Source of the DNA: Candidatus Obscuribacteraceae bacterium | Lineage (GTDB): Bacteria > Cyanobacteriota > Vampirovibrionia > Obscuribacterales > Obscuribacteraceae | Length of the DNA stretch: 64,000 nucleotides | Direction: 5' to 3' | NCBI GenBank assembly: GCA_044229845.1 | Contig: JBGASG010000002.1 | Span: 416,001-480,000, forward strand | Part shown: positions 1 to 10,137 of the stretch, piece after piece | Layout: each line of letters begins with the position of its first letter | Position numbering within the stretch: position 1 is the stretch's first letter | Program-made: the position numbers and the translations under genes | The notes under the pieces: model-generated | Told to the model about the DNA's origin: nothing | The model's input: only the letters and a program-made list of their open reading frames with translations | Database searches by the model: none

Positions 1-383
1 CCGCCATTGGTAAAGCCTTCGATCTGAAGAAGGCGGCGTTCGTTTTCGAACTCGATCTCGACGAACTCAGCCGATTGCGACGTTCTCACAGCTTTACCGA
101 GATTTACGCCACACCGCCGGTTGTCCGCGACCTCTCGGCAGACCTCGACACAGACGTGGAAAACCAGGCTGTGATGCAGTGCATCGCCGGTGCCACCAGC
201 AATTTACTGCAGGCAGTCGAACTGGTTAGCACATTCAAACTGAGCGAAGATAAGAAAAGCCTGACATATCGATTGACGTTCCAGCATGCTACCGAAACGC
301 TGACTGCCGAACAGGTGGAAAGCGAAATGACGAACGTGCGCAATCAGCTCTCATCCGCACTGGCAGCCACTTTCCGCACTTGA
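1..383 (+). CDS. pheT: Phenylalanine-tRNA ligase beta subunit, C-terminal FDX-ACB domain (5' truncated by window edge)
   Basis: Frame is open from position 3 (AIGKAFDLKKAAFVFELDL...). Contains P.V.RDLS...KSLTYRLTFQH...TLT.E.V, typical of the PheT anticodon-binding domain. Confidence 0.9.
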   Translation, partial: AIGKAFDLKKAAFVFELDLDELSRLRRSHSFTEIYATPPVVRDLSADLDTDVENQAVMQCIAGATSNLLQAVELVSTFKLSEDKKSLTYRLTFQHATETLTAEQVESEMTNVRNQLSSALAATFRT

Positions 384-582
384 TCGCAGTGCTGACCAGC
401 CTCCGACGGACATTGTCAACATACCGAAGAGGGGCGATTAAAACCCTGGCAGGACGCTGCGAAGCACGTTGCCAAAATGATTTAATTTAGCTTTGATGTG
501 TATTGATCCGGATACTTCCGGGAATGTAACCCTTGGCGGGGTTACAAACAAAACAGCAGTCCATAGCGGAACGAGTATTCAA

Positions 583-3144
583 ATGGCAAGACTTAAGAGG
601 CGCGAAAATCTCATCCCATTTGTCCTGATTTTTGGCCTGGGATTTATGGCTGTCGGCGTGATTCCACCGATGTTCGCCGATCAGATTGTCGAGGTCCCCT
701 CTTTCGTCGTCATTCCAGCTGAAATCGCCATCTCACTCATCATGTCGGTCTTGTTGTTTGAAAACGCAAGCCCCGCCGATATCGCCCGCATTTCCATGAT
801 GATGATCGGCTTCATCATGGCGATCGGTACCTTTGGCAACGTCATGACGCGGACCACGCAGGGCATGCCCGACGGCACCTTGCTGCTCAACTGGGTGCAG
901 CTGGCAATTATGAACGTCGCCGGCATACTGTCGACGGTTGGCTATTACTCAACAAAACCGCAAGAGAGCGACCGCATCTCGGAGGAAGAAGAACCGTCCG
1001 AACCGGTCATTACCAAGGAAGAGCGCGACCGGCTGAAAGCTGAAGTACAGGAAGAAGAAAGCGAGTCCGCAGCTGAAATCCTGGCCAAACTCGATCCCAG
1101 CCGCTTCGAATCGATCGAACGCAAACCTAAGACCGGCGGAGGCATGATCTCCAACGCCGCGCTGAGCAGACCGCGACAACTGACGCCCGAAGAGCTGGCT
1201 GACGCGCTGGAGACCGAAGCAGAACTGGAACTGAAGCTGGAAGACGCCGAGTCTGCGCAGAAGGAAACAGTTGGCGCCTTCGACGCCATGCTCAAAGAAG
1301 CCGTCAGCGAGATGCAGCCGCAAGAGGCGACGCCTCCTGCCCAGGCGGAGGAACAGAAGGGCGGCGGACTTTTTAGTATCTCCGATGATGATGTCGGTGG
1401 TCTGTTCGACAACATCGTTGCCGACAAATCGGTCACTAATGATGCCATCAACAGCCGCGAGCCGTTGTCCAGCGCCAAGGCACCGGAGCCGACGCCCGCA
1501 CCGGCGGAAGACAAAGGCGGCTTGCTGAGCGTATCCGACGATGATATCGGCGGACTGTTCGACAATATCGTCGCCGATCCATCCGTCACCAAAGATGACT
1601 TGAAGGGCAATAAAGCGCCGGAAAGCAAGCCGGTAGCACCAACTCCGGCCGACACGAAACCCAAGAAGAAGGGCGACAAGGTCAAAGAATTCGGACGCCT
1701 GTCGGCCACCGCTACCAACAAAGCTCCCGAAGGAGCTCCCGGTACGCTCAAGACCATCGGTCAGATGCTGCTCGATACGCAGGCCGTCGAAGGCTTGATC
1801 AAGAGCGCCGAGGGCCGCGACCCCAGCTCAACCACGGCCAAAGTTGTCTCCGTCGACAAAGGCGCCGACATCCAGGCACTGCTCAATAAGATAGCCAGCT
1901 TCCCGGGCGCCAACGGATCGCTCGTCATCGGTAAAGACGGTCTTCTCGTCGGTGCCACCGAATCGCTCGGCTTCATGAAGGACGTACTTGGTCCTCTCTC
2001 TCTGGCCATGCAGAGCACCACCAAGCTCGGCACCACCAAACTGGATATGGGCGAACTGCATCAGATTGTTTTCAAATCCGGCGACAAACTGACGGTGCTC
2101 ACCGAAGTCGGGATGGGCGTGTTGGCGGTCTTCTGCGATGCCTACAACCAATCATCTATCGATGGATTGCTGGAGTGGATTCAGACCGCAGTTAAAGACT
2201 CAGGTTCGGTAGGCGAAGCACCGACTGCCGAGTTGGGCAGCATCTTCTCCGCCAAGCCGGAAGCCGCCGAGAAAGCGCCGGCGAAAGCCGAGCCGGTAAC
2301 GCCGAAAGTAGAACCGAAAACAGAAGCACCAAAACCAGCTGCTGAAGCACCGAAACCGGCTGCTGAAGAGAAAAGCGGACTATTCAACGTCTCGGACGAC
2401 GACATCGGTGGCATATTCGACAATCTGGTAGCCGATCCAGGCGTCACCAACGACAACATCGGCACCAACGAGCCGTCCAAGGCTGAAAGCAAACCTTCCA
2501 TGGATTTCAGTCCGAAGGAAGAGGAGAAACCAGCGGCCGTGCAACCAGCGGCGGATGCCGGGAAACCGGACGGCGAGCCAACGGGAGACAAGAAGCCCGT
2601 CAATCCCAACGTCAAGGAATTCGGCCGCCTGTCAGCCAGCACTGCTGCTCCCGCCAAGGATCAGGAAGTTGGCACCATCAAATCTATCGGCCGGCAGTTG
2701 ATTGATGTGCAGGCTGTGGAAAACATCATCAAATCAGGCGAGAAGAAAGGTGAAAAGATCGGCTCCGGTCTCACCACCGCCCGCGTGATCAGTTCAGCCC
2801 GCGGCGAAGGCATCAAGATGCTGCTGCAAAAGATTGATACCGCTCCTGGTGTCGCAGGCAGCTTGATCGTCGGCAACGACGGACTGGTGATTGCATCCAC
2901 ACTGAGCAGCGGCATGGACAAGGACACTCTCGGCGTCCTCTGTACGGCTATGCACAGCCACACAGAACTGGCTGCGAAGAAACTGGAAATGGGCAAACTG
3001 CGCCAGATCATTTTCCATGCCGATGACAAAGTCACCGTGCTCACAGCAGTGGCAGTCGGCGTGCTGGCTGTATTTGTCGAAAGCCGCGATGTCGCCAAAC
3101 TGGACGACCTGCTGGCAGCAATCGAATCGACAGTACGCGGTTAG
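583..3144 (+). CDS. Membrane-anchored protein with ~4 N-terminal TM segments, acidic repeats and two Roadblock/LC7 (MglB-like) domains
   Basis: Hydrophobic N-terminus. Two copies of I..LL.KI...PG..GSL..G.DGL...(...)L.MG.L.QI.F...DK.TVLT.V..GVLAVF. Start placed at ATG 583; the ORF track begins at 493. Confidence 0.75.
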   Translation: MARLKRRENLIPFVLIFGLGFMAVGVIPPMFADQIVEVPSFVVIPAEIAISLIMSVLLFENASPADIARISMMMIGFIMAIGTFGNVMTRTTQGMPDGTLLLNWVQLAIMNVAGILSTVGYYSTKPQESDRISEEEEPSEPVITKEERDRLKAEVQEEESESAAEILAKLDPSRFESIERKPKTGGGMISNAALSRPRQLTPEELADALETEAELELKLEDAESAQKETVGAFDAMLKEAVSEMQPQEATPPAQAEEQKGGGLFSISDDDVGGLFDNIVADKSVTNDAINSREPLSSAKAPEPTPAPAEDKGGLLSVSDDDIGGLFDNIVADPSVTKDDLKGNKAPESKPVAPTPADTKPKKKGDKVKEFGRLSATATNKAPEGAPGTLKTIGQMLLDTQAVEGLIKSAEGRDPSSTTAKVVSVDKGADIQALLNKIASFPGANGSLVIGKDGLLVGATESLGFMKDVLGPLSLAMQSTTKLGTTKLDMGELHQIVFKSGDKLTVLTEVGMGVLAVFCDAYNQSSIDGLLEWIQTAVKDSGSVGEAPTAELGSIFSAKPEAAEKAPAKAEPVTPKVEPKTEAPKPAAEAPKPAAEEKSGLFNVSDDDIGGIFDNLVADPGVTNDNIGTNEPSKAESKPSMDFSPKEEEKPAAVQPAADAGKPDGEPTGDKKPVNPNVKEFGRLSASTAAPAKDQEVGTIKSIGRQLIDVQAVENIIKSGEKKGEKIGSGLTTARVISSARGEGIKMLLQKIDTAPGVAGSLIVGNDGLVIASTLSSGMDKDTLGVLCTAMHSHTELAAKKLEMGKLRQIIFHADDKVTVLTAVAVGVLAVFVESRDVAKLDDLLAAIESTVRG

Positions 3145-3156
3145 AAATCAGCGGCT

Positions 3157-3522
3157 TCACACAACTATATGCGTGTCACCATAGGTGATGCGATAGCACT
3201 CGTATTTGTTGTCGGTGCCCACCACTAAAAGTCCGGCCCCGTTCCCGAAGCGCAAGTCCAGGTCCTGGTCGTGATGCACATCGATGCGATTGATCTTCTG
3301 TTGTATGAGGCGCAGCAACCCCGACGACTCGGGATCGATCAGCATGCCGCTGCGCCAGGAGGTTTCTTCCCCATGCATCTGTCGCAAATGAAATCGATAC
3401 TCCACAGTCAGCTTGGCGCCGTTGTGAAACCAGAAGTGAATGTCGTTGACCCCGAAGTCAATCGTGTCAAGCGGCACGTCCTTGAGAAAGGCCAGATCGC
3501 AGTCTTTGGGCAGTTTGTGCAT
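3157..3522 (-). CDS. Small hypothetical protein, DUF6188-like
   Basis: 121-aa ORF starting 3 nt after the TolC stop. Pattern L.L.F.NG..L.V......YE.Y.I resembles DUF6188-type proteins (from memory). Confidence 0.55.
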   Translation of the reverse strand: MHKLPKDCDLAFLKDVPLDTIDFGVNDIHFWFHNGAKLTVEYRFHLRQMHGEETSWRSGMLIDPESSGLLRLIQQKINRIDVHHDQDLDLRFGNGAGLLVVGTDNKYECYRITYGDTHIVV

Positions 3523-3525
3523 CAG

Positions 3526-5367
3526 TTAGTTGAGGTTCAACTTGAGAGGCGCCGCCGAGATTGGCTGTTTGATTTGCGTGGTCAAGGTGGCCAGCGAAAT
3601 TTGCCCCGTGTCGTGAAGCAATTGCGCCTGGGCATTATTGTAGGCGACGATCGCCTGAGCTTGGTTGACGAGCGACTGAATGTAATCTCGTTGTGCCTGA
3701 ATGACTTCCAGGTTGGTCCCGGCGCCGTGACGCAAGCGCAAGTTAGCCAGTCTTAGACCTTCCGTGGAGGCGACCACTCCCTCGCCGGCAACGTCGACAG
3801 CCTCTTCGGCCACCAGCGCGGACAAATACGACGAACGCACCTGCTGCGTGACTGAAATCACCTGCTGGTTGTATTGCAGCAAAGCCTGGCGCGCCAGATA
3901 TCTTTGCGACTGTACGTTCATAGCGTCGGGTACACCCAGCGATGCGATGCTCCAGGTCAAGTCAAAACCAGCAGTCAAGGTCGTCTTGCCAGCGCCGGAA
4001 CCGACCACCAGTCCGGTACCGCCACCACCCGGTATGACGACCGTATTGGTGGCAGCCGCTGCGCCGCCGATACCGGTGGCACCGACGCCCTGAATACCAC
4101 TGCCACCAGCTCCGGTGCCAGCCGAGCCGGTGCCAGTGATGTTGCCCAGGTTGGCGCTGCTGCCACTGCCACTGCTACCACCTTCCGAGCGGTTGGTGGA
4201 CAGGAAGAACTGCGCTGTCGGGTAAAGTGGCGCAGCCAGAACTTGGATCTGGCGAGTCTGCGCGATGCGGTTGTGCTGCAGTTGTCCCAGTTCAGGACGC
4301 AGTCGCAGCGCCGTGGCCAACAATTCGTTGACGTTGACGTTTTCATCCCACAAACGAGATTCGGTAACTTGAGACTCCAGCGGCAGCAGATTGACGCCGA
4401 CGTTCATGCTCATCACCGCCGCCAGTTGCAGCGATGCTTGTCGCACGGCCAGCTGCTGCTGCAGAAGCGCTTGCTTGTCTAGAGCCAACTGCGTCGTAGA
4501 TTGCATGACGGCAAAGTTGGTGCCGGTACCGGCATTCTTTTGCTGCTGGTTGATGCGCAATTGCGCGCGTGAAACTTCCACAGCCTGAACGCGAATCTGC
4601 AAGAGCACCTGCTGCAGCAGCACGTTGTTGTACGCCTGGTAGGCGGCCAAAAGCGAATCGTTGATCGTCGTCGAGTAGGCGAATTGCGCGCTCTTATACC
4701 TGTGATAGTTGGAGAGAGCACCAAAGGTTATGCGGCCGCCCTGGAATACCGGCATCCGCAAAGTATTACTCCAGATGCGCGTGTTCACGGACGGTTGTTG
4801 ATCGCGGAAGAGATCTTGCGTTCTGTAGAGAATGTTGAAATCCGGAAGGTAGCGGGCCACCGCTCCATAGAACAGGTAACGCTGCGAGTCCATGCCCGCC
4901 TTGGATATCTTGATGGCCAGGTTTTGATCGATCACTGTGCCGAGCACTTCGCGCAGGCTGATCGGCTGGTTGTATGTGGCTTCTAATTTGATCGGCGGCA
5001 AACGTCCATTGCCGATCGGAATCAGCTCTTGCACCTTCACCGGATTTAGTGGCAATGTTTTCGGTGCGATACGCTCTTGCTCGGACAGCAAAGTTTCGAT
5101 CGGCGGTGATGCGGGTCCGGCCGCATACTGGGCGGCCTGAGCGTCTGCTTGTCCGGTAGACTTCAATTGCACCGGGCCGGTCGGCTTGGTGAATTGTTCC
5201 TCTATCTGCTCGGCACCCGGCGAAGGAGCCGGCGTCGATGCGGCCGGGGTCGAATCTGGCTGAGCCAGTGCTGCATATGGTACCGACGCAGAGGCGGCGA
5301 TCAGCAAAAGCGCACTGACCGCCACTCGATATTCTTTGCGCGACATCCGTGTAGATCGTGATTCCAT
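3526..5367 (-). CDS. TolC-family outer membrane efflux protein with Gly-rich insertion
   Basis: Signal peptide; two OEP-like helical repeats (G.GT...V.Q...; A...RPEL); downstream of the RND transporter. Confidence 0.9.
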   Translation of the reverse strand: MESRSTRMSRKEYRVAVSALLLIAASASVPYAALAQPDSTPAASTPAPSPGAEQIEEQFTKPTGPVQLKSTGQADAQAAQYAAGPASPPIETLLSEQERIAPKTLPLNPVKVQELIPIGNGRLPPIKLEATYNQPISLREVLGTVIDQNLAIKISKAGMDSQRYLFYGAVARYLPDFNILYRTQDLFRDQQPSVNTRIWSNTLRMPVFQGGRITFGALSNYHRYKSAQFAYSTTINDSLLAAYQAYNNVLLQQVLLQIRVQAVEVSRAQLRINQQQKNAGTGTNFAVMQSTTQLALDKQALLQQQLAVRQASLQLAAVMSMNVGVNLLPLESQVTESRLWDENVNVNELLATALRLRPELGQLQHNRIAQTRQIQVLAAPLYPTAQFFLSTNRSEGGSSGSGSSANLGNITGTGSAGTGAGGSGIQGVGATGIGGAAAATNTVVIPGGGGTGLVVGSGAGKTTLTAGFDLTWSIASLGVPDAMNVQSQRYLARQALLQYNQQVISVTQQVRSSYLSALVAEEAVDVAGEGVVASTEGLRLANLRLRHGAGTNLEVIQAQRDYIQSLVNQAQAIVAYNNAQAQLLHDTGQISLATLTTQIKQPISAAPLKLNLN

Positions 5368-5487
5368 GCCGATATTGTACGCGGCCACCAGCCAGCGCGC
5401 ATGAATTTATACTCTCGCTTGAGAACCGCCAAACCAGCATGGCGCCGCCATCAGCGTAAGACAGTGACTAAAAGGTAACTATACTTT

Positions 5488-8400
5488 TCAGCCTTCCACG
5501 TTGACCGAGGGGCGCGCCTGGCTTGGTTCTTCCGCTGGCGAGCGGTGCCGGAATTTGCGGGCGATAAAGCGGCCGAGATCGTCGACATACGTGAAGACAA
5601 CCGGCACCACAATCAATGTTAAGAGTGTAGAAGTGATCAGTCCGCCGATTACGCAGATGGCCATCGGTTGACGAGCCTCAGCCCCGGCACCCAGTCCCAG
5701 CGCAATCGGTAACATACCGGCAATCATTGCCACGGTCGTCATCAAGATCGGGCGCATGCGGGCCTCACCAGAACGCACGATGGCCGTGTGCCGATCGACA
5801 CCGGAATGCATGGCCATCAAGCAATATTCAACCAGCAGGATGGCGTTCTTGGTGACCAGACCCATCAGCATGACGATGCCTATTAACGCGTAAAAGCCCA
5901 GCGACTGATGCCCCAGTATGAGCGCCATGAGCGCCCCGCCGAGAGCCAGCGGCAACGACATCATGATGGCAAAGGGATGCAAAAATCCGTTGAACAGCAA
6001 AACCAGAACGGCATATATCAGCATGACCGCCGCCGACAGCGCCTGTCCGAAGCCGGTGAAGATGTCCTTTTGTATCTCCACGTCTCCCTGCGGCGTATCG
6101 ATGACGCTCAGCGGTTTTTGTTTGTAAGCCGGCAAGTTGTGCACCGCCACCAGCGCCTGCCCGAGCGTGAAATTTGGATCGATGCTGGCTTCGATGGTCA
6201 CCTGGCGCGCCCGGTCAAGACGATTGATCTGGGACGGTCCGCTGCCGAAAGAAGTGTGCGCGACCGAGTTGAGCGGCACCAGGCGCCCGTTTTTTCCGGA
6301 CACTCGCAAATCTGACAGGACGTGCAAGTCGTTGCGGTAGCGCGGATCTAATTCAACGCGAATGTTGATCTGGCGATCGCTGAGGTTGAATTTGGCCAGG
6401 TTGGCGTCGATGTCGCCGATGGTGGCAATCAACGCGGTGCGCGCGATTGATGTCACCGACACACCTTGCTCGGCCGCCCGGTCGAAATCCGGCTTCACAA
6501 GCAGCTCCGGGCGCTGCAGCGACAGACTGGAAACGATGTCGGAGATACCGGGCACGCCGCGCATTTGTGTCTCCAGTTGCTCGGCGGTCTGTCGCAAATC
6601 TTGATCGTCGTTGCTGGTCAACACGATCTTCAACTTGCCGCTGATACCCATTAGTCGGTTGAACGCCAGACGCGCGCCCGGCACCGCCAGCAGTTGCGGA
6701 CGTACATCTCGCTCGAACTCCGCCTGGTTCAGTTTGCGCTGGTCACGAGGTTTCAAGGCTATGTAGACGTTTGATTTGTGCACTTCACCGGCGCTGCCGG
6801 TGTTTCTTCCCCGCCCGGCTGTAGCAGTACCGATGCTGGCATAGACTTGCTGCACTTCCGAGCGCTTCAATAAAATGCGAGTCAGCTCTTGAGTCACCGC
6901 TTCCGACTGTTCCAGCGAAGAACCCGGCGGCAGCTCCACTTGCAAGAGAGTCTCGCCGCGGTCGACATTGCCGATCACCGATGTGGGCATGGTGCGGAAA
7001 AGCGCAATACTGACCACAAAGAAAGCAACGGCTATAGCCACTGTCATGCCCCGGTGCGACAAGGCCCAGGCAAGCATTCCGTCGTAGATGCGCATGGCTT
7101 TTCCGGACATGTGCTCTTCTTCGTGCCCGGACTTCAGCCAATATGCCGCCATCAGTGGGGTGAGCATGCGGGCGACCAGCAACGAAAACAGAACTGCGAC
7201 CGCGACTGTCGCTCCAAACTGTTTGAGAAACTGTCCCGGTATCCCACCCATGAATGAAACAGGCACAAAGACCACGACGATGGTCATGGTGGTGGCAACC
7301 ACCGCCAGTCCGATTTCATCAGCTGCTTCCAGAGAAGCCTGAAACGGTTTCTTGCCCATCGCCATGTGGCGAATGATGTTTTCTACTTCCACAATCGCAT
7401 CATCGACCAGCACGCCGATCACGAGCGACAGTCCCAGAAGCGACATGTTGTTGAGCGTGTAGCCCAAAATTTTCATGACCGCAAAGGTGGGGATCAAACT
7501 GAGCGGCATGGCCACGGCAGAAATCAGAGCGGCACGCCAATCTTTTAGAAAGAACCAGATGACGATCACGGCCAGCACCGCGCCCAGTATCAAGTGATCC
7601 ATGCAAGCTTCATAAGACTGCTCGACGAATTTCGCTTCCGTGCGAATCTTCGTAACCTTGACGTCCTTGGGCAGCGTTTTTTCCAGCTCGGTAAGTCGGG
7701 CTTCCACACCGCGCATGACATCGACCATGTTAGATCCGAACGAGCGCACCACCGAAAACGAAACAACTTGCTTACCGTTTAGAAGCGACAGCTGACGCCT
7801 GTCTCCAAACCCATCTTTAACTTCGCCCAGCGTATCGAGCCTGGCAAACTTGCCGTTGGGCAGCATGATCTGTTGAGCGCGCAACTGATCGACATTGGTG
7901 GCACTGCCCAGTGTACGAATGGTCTGCTCACTGGGACCCAACTCTCCTCGACCGCCCGGCAGATCGATGTTCATCGCTTTTACTTGCAGGTTGACCTGGT
8001 CGGCAGTAATGCCGAGCGACTCCAGACGCGCCGGATCTAAGTTAATGCGCACTTCGCGATCGATGCCGCCGGAGCGCTGAATCTGCCCGACCCCTTTCAC
8101 AGAAAGCAACGCCCGAGCGATATCGTTGTCCACCACCCAGCTCAAATCTTCCAGGCTGCGCGTGGGCGACTCGACTGTGTATGTGACAAACGGTCCACCA
8201 ACGAAATCGACTCTCTGAATAATCGGTTCATCGATACCCTGCGGCAATTGCATGCGCACTTTGGAAACTTCGTTGCGCACGTCATTGACGGCGCGATCTA
8301 TGTTGGTGCCCAGCTCGAACTCGATGGTGGTGGCACTGGCACCTTCATTGACCGTCGAATTGATGTGCTTGATGTTGCCGATGCCCGCCACCGAGTCTTC

Positions 8401-8610
8401 AATCTTGCGGGTTATCTGCGTCTCCATTTCAGAGGGCGCCGCTCCCGGTTGGGTGACCGACACCACCACAACCGGCACGTCAATGTTCGGGCTTTCATCA
8501 ATGCCCAGGTTGAAGAAGCAAAACAAACCGGCAATGGTCAGCAACAGGAAAAGAACTATGACGGGCACCGGATGGTGAATCGACCACTCCGATATGCGCC
8601 TGAAATCCAT
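5488..8610 (-). CDS. RND efflux transporter permease (AcrB/AcrD/AcrF family)
   Basis: 1040 aa; motifs GVLVDDAIVEVENI, GLVTKNAILLVE, RMRPILMTT. Confidence 0.96.
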   Translation of the reverse strand: MDFRRISEWSIHHPVPVIVLFLLLTIAGLFCFFNLGIDESPNIDVPVVVVSVTQPGAAPSEMETQITRKIEDSVAGIGNIKHINSTVNEGASATTIEFELGTNIDRAVNDVRNEVSKVRMQLPQGIDEPIIQRVDFVGGPFVTYTVESPTRSLEDLSWVVDNDIARALLSVKGVGQIQRSGGIDREVRINLDPARLESLGITADQVNLQVKAMNIDLPGGRGELGPSEQTIRTLGSATNVDQLRAQQIMLPNGKFARLDTLGEVKDGFGDRRQLSLLNGKQVVSFSVVRSFGSNMVDVMRGVEARLTELEKTLPKDVKVTKIRTEAKFVEQSYEACMDHLILGAVLAVIVIWFFLKDWRAALISAVAMPLSLIPTFAVMKILGYTLNNMSLLGLSLVIGVLVDDAIVEVENIIRHMAMGKKPFQASLEAADEIGLAVVATTMTIVVVFVPVSFMGGIPGQFLKQFGATVAVAVLFSLLVARMLTPLMAAYWLKSGHEEEHMSGKAMRIYDGMLAWALSHRGMTVAIAVAFFVVSIALFRTMPTSVIGNVDRGETLLQVELPPGSSLEQSEAVTQELTRILLKRSEVQQVYASIGTATAGRGRNTGSAGEVHKSNVYIALKPRDQRKLNQAEFERDVRPQLLAVPGARLAFNRLMGISGKLKIVLTSNDDQDLRQTAEQLETQMRGVPGISDIVSSLSLQRPELLVKPDFDRAAEQGVSVTSIARTALIATIGDIDANLAKFNLSDRQINIRVELDPRYRNDLHVLSDLRVSGKNGRLVPLNSVAHTSFGSGPSQINRLDRARQVTIEASIDPNFTLGQALVAVHNLPAYKQKPLSVIDTPQGDVEIQKDIFTGFGQALSAAVMLIYAVLVLLFNGFLHPFAIMMSLPLALGGALMALILGHQSLGFYALIGIVMLMGLVTKNAILLVEYCLMAMHSGVDRHTAIVRSGEARMRPILMTTVAMIAGMLPIALGLGAGAEARQPMAICVIGGLITSTLLTLIVVPVVFTYVDDLGRFIARKFRHRSPAEEPSQARPSVNVEG

Positions 8611-8616
8611 AACGGA

Positions 8617-10137
8617 CTACCTCGATTCCTCTTTCGGCGACGACTGTGGAGCTGCGATCTGCTTATCCAGCCCCAGCGGCGTCAGCGGCAAAGCATCCGC
8701 CACCCGCACCATGTCACCGTCTTTCAAGAATGCCGCGCCAGCCAGCACCACTTTCTGTCCCGGCTGCAGCCCGCTCGTAATTTCCACCTGCTCATTGGTG
8801 CGGGCACCGATCGTGACGGCGGTGCGCACCACTTTATCGCCGCTCAATATGAAGACGAAATATCTCGAGTCGCGAGCAATCACAGCATCGCCCGGCACCA
8901 CGATTGCCGGATGTTCAGGCAGCAAAAGCGAGCCTTTGCAAAACATGCCGGCCACCAGCCCCTGATCGGCGGGCACCGCCACGCGCAGCATGCCCAGGCG
9001 TGTATCCGGATCTACTTCCGGCACCACCAGAGTCACGGTACCTTCAATCATCTTGCCGTCGGCGCGCTGCAATTGGACCTTCATGCCGGGAGCCGCCTTT
9101 AGCAGATCGCGTTCGGGCACAGCGGCCCGCATCTCCAGTTTTCCCTGGCGAGCCATGCGGAAAAGCACGGCGCCTACTTGCGGTGTATCGCCGACATGCG
9201 TCAACCGGCGCGTGATCAAACCGTCGTCGGGCGCGGTGATGATCGTTTGCGCAATCAAGCTGGAGAGTCGTTCGACTTCCGCTTTTTGCTCGGCGACTTG
9301 CGCTTGGGCCATCAAGATATCTTCCGCACGGCCGCCGACTTCCGCCATATCGAGTTTTTCTTTGGCTTGTTTGGCTACGAAATCGGAAGCTTCGACGCCT
9401 TGCTCGGCACTGCCGATTTCGGCATGAGCCACTTTGGCTTGCGTATCTCTGGTCTCAGCTTCTTGCGAAGAAATTGCCCCTTGCTGCGCCAGTGAAATGG
9501 CTCGGTCAGCGTTATCGCGCAGGTTTTTGAAATTGTGCTTCGCCTGCACGAGCGCGGCTTTCGAGCGTTCTATGTTCGCCCTGGCCTGCGCCAGCGCAGC
9601 TCTCAGTCCGGCAATATCTTGTTGACGGTTAGGCTGGCGCGCCTTTATCAAAGCAGCTTCATTCGCCGCCAGGCGAGCCCTCGCTTGCGACAACTGAGCG
9701 CGCAAAACAGAAGAGTTGAGAGTAGCCAGCACCTGTCCTTTGTGAACGGTGGCGCCCTCTTCGACGGTGACAGTTTGAACGCGCAGGTTGCCGATTTCGC
9801 AGGCAATCTGAGTGGGATCCCACGGCCAGATCGAACCGGTGATCAAAACTTCTTCCGGCATGGATTTTTGGATCGCACCGGTAGTGGTGACGGTGAGAAC
9901 CGGCTTGGCTACGTGAGTCTCGCTCTTCTTGCCGCCCAGCAGGAAGAAGCCGACGGCAGCGGCGGCCGCGAAAACTGCGATGGCTGCGACGATAGCCACC
10001 CAGCGCAACTTGCTCGATGATTTCTCACCAGCAACTTGCTTGGCTCGCAGCATCATGTCGTCCATAAAGCCTTTGGGAGGGGACGAACTGGCATTGGCAC
10101 CGCTTTCGGTATCAGGCTTAGTTCTGCCGGTCGTCAT
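8617..10137 (-). CDS. RND periplasmic adaptor (membrane fusion protein)
   Basis: Single TM, VEEGATVHKGQVLA lipoyl-like half, long coiled coil, I.AP.DG.I. Start is uncertain (10137 or 10063). Confidence 0.9.
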   Translation of the reverse strand: MTTGRTKPDTESGANASSSPPKGFMDDMMLRAKQVAGEKSSSKLRWVAIVAAIAVFAAAAAVGFFLLGGKKSETHVAKPVLTVTTTGAIQKSMPEEVLITGSIWPWDPTQIACEIGNLRVQTVTVEEGATVHKGQVLATLNSSVLRAQLSQARARLAANEAALIKARQPNRQQDIAGLRAALAQARANIERSKAALVQAKHNFKNLRDNADRAISLAQQGAISSQEAETRDTQAKVAHAEIGSAEQGVEASDFVAKQAKEKLDMAEVGGRAEDILMAQAQVAEQKAEVERLSSLIAQTIITAPDDGLITRRLTHVGDTPQVGAVLFRMARQGKLEMRAAVPERDLLKAAPGMKVQLQRADGKMIEGTVTLVVPEVDPDTRLGMLRVAVPADQGLVAGMFCKGSLLLPEHPAIVVPGDAVIARDSRYFVFILSGDKVVRTAVTIGARTNEQVEITSGLQPGQKVVLAGAAFLKDGDMVRVADALPLTPLGLDKQIAAPQSSPKEESR

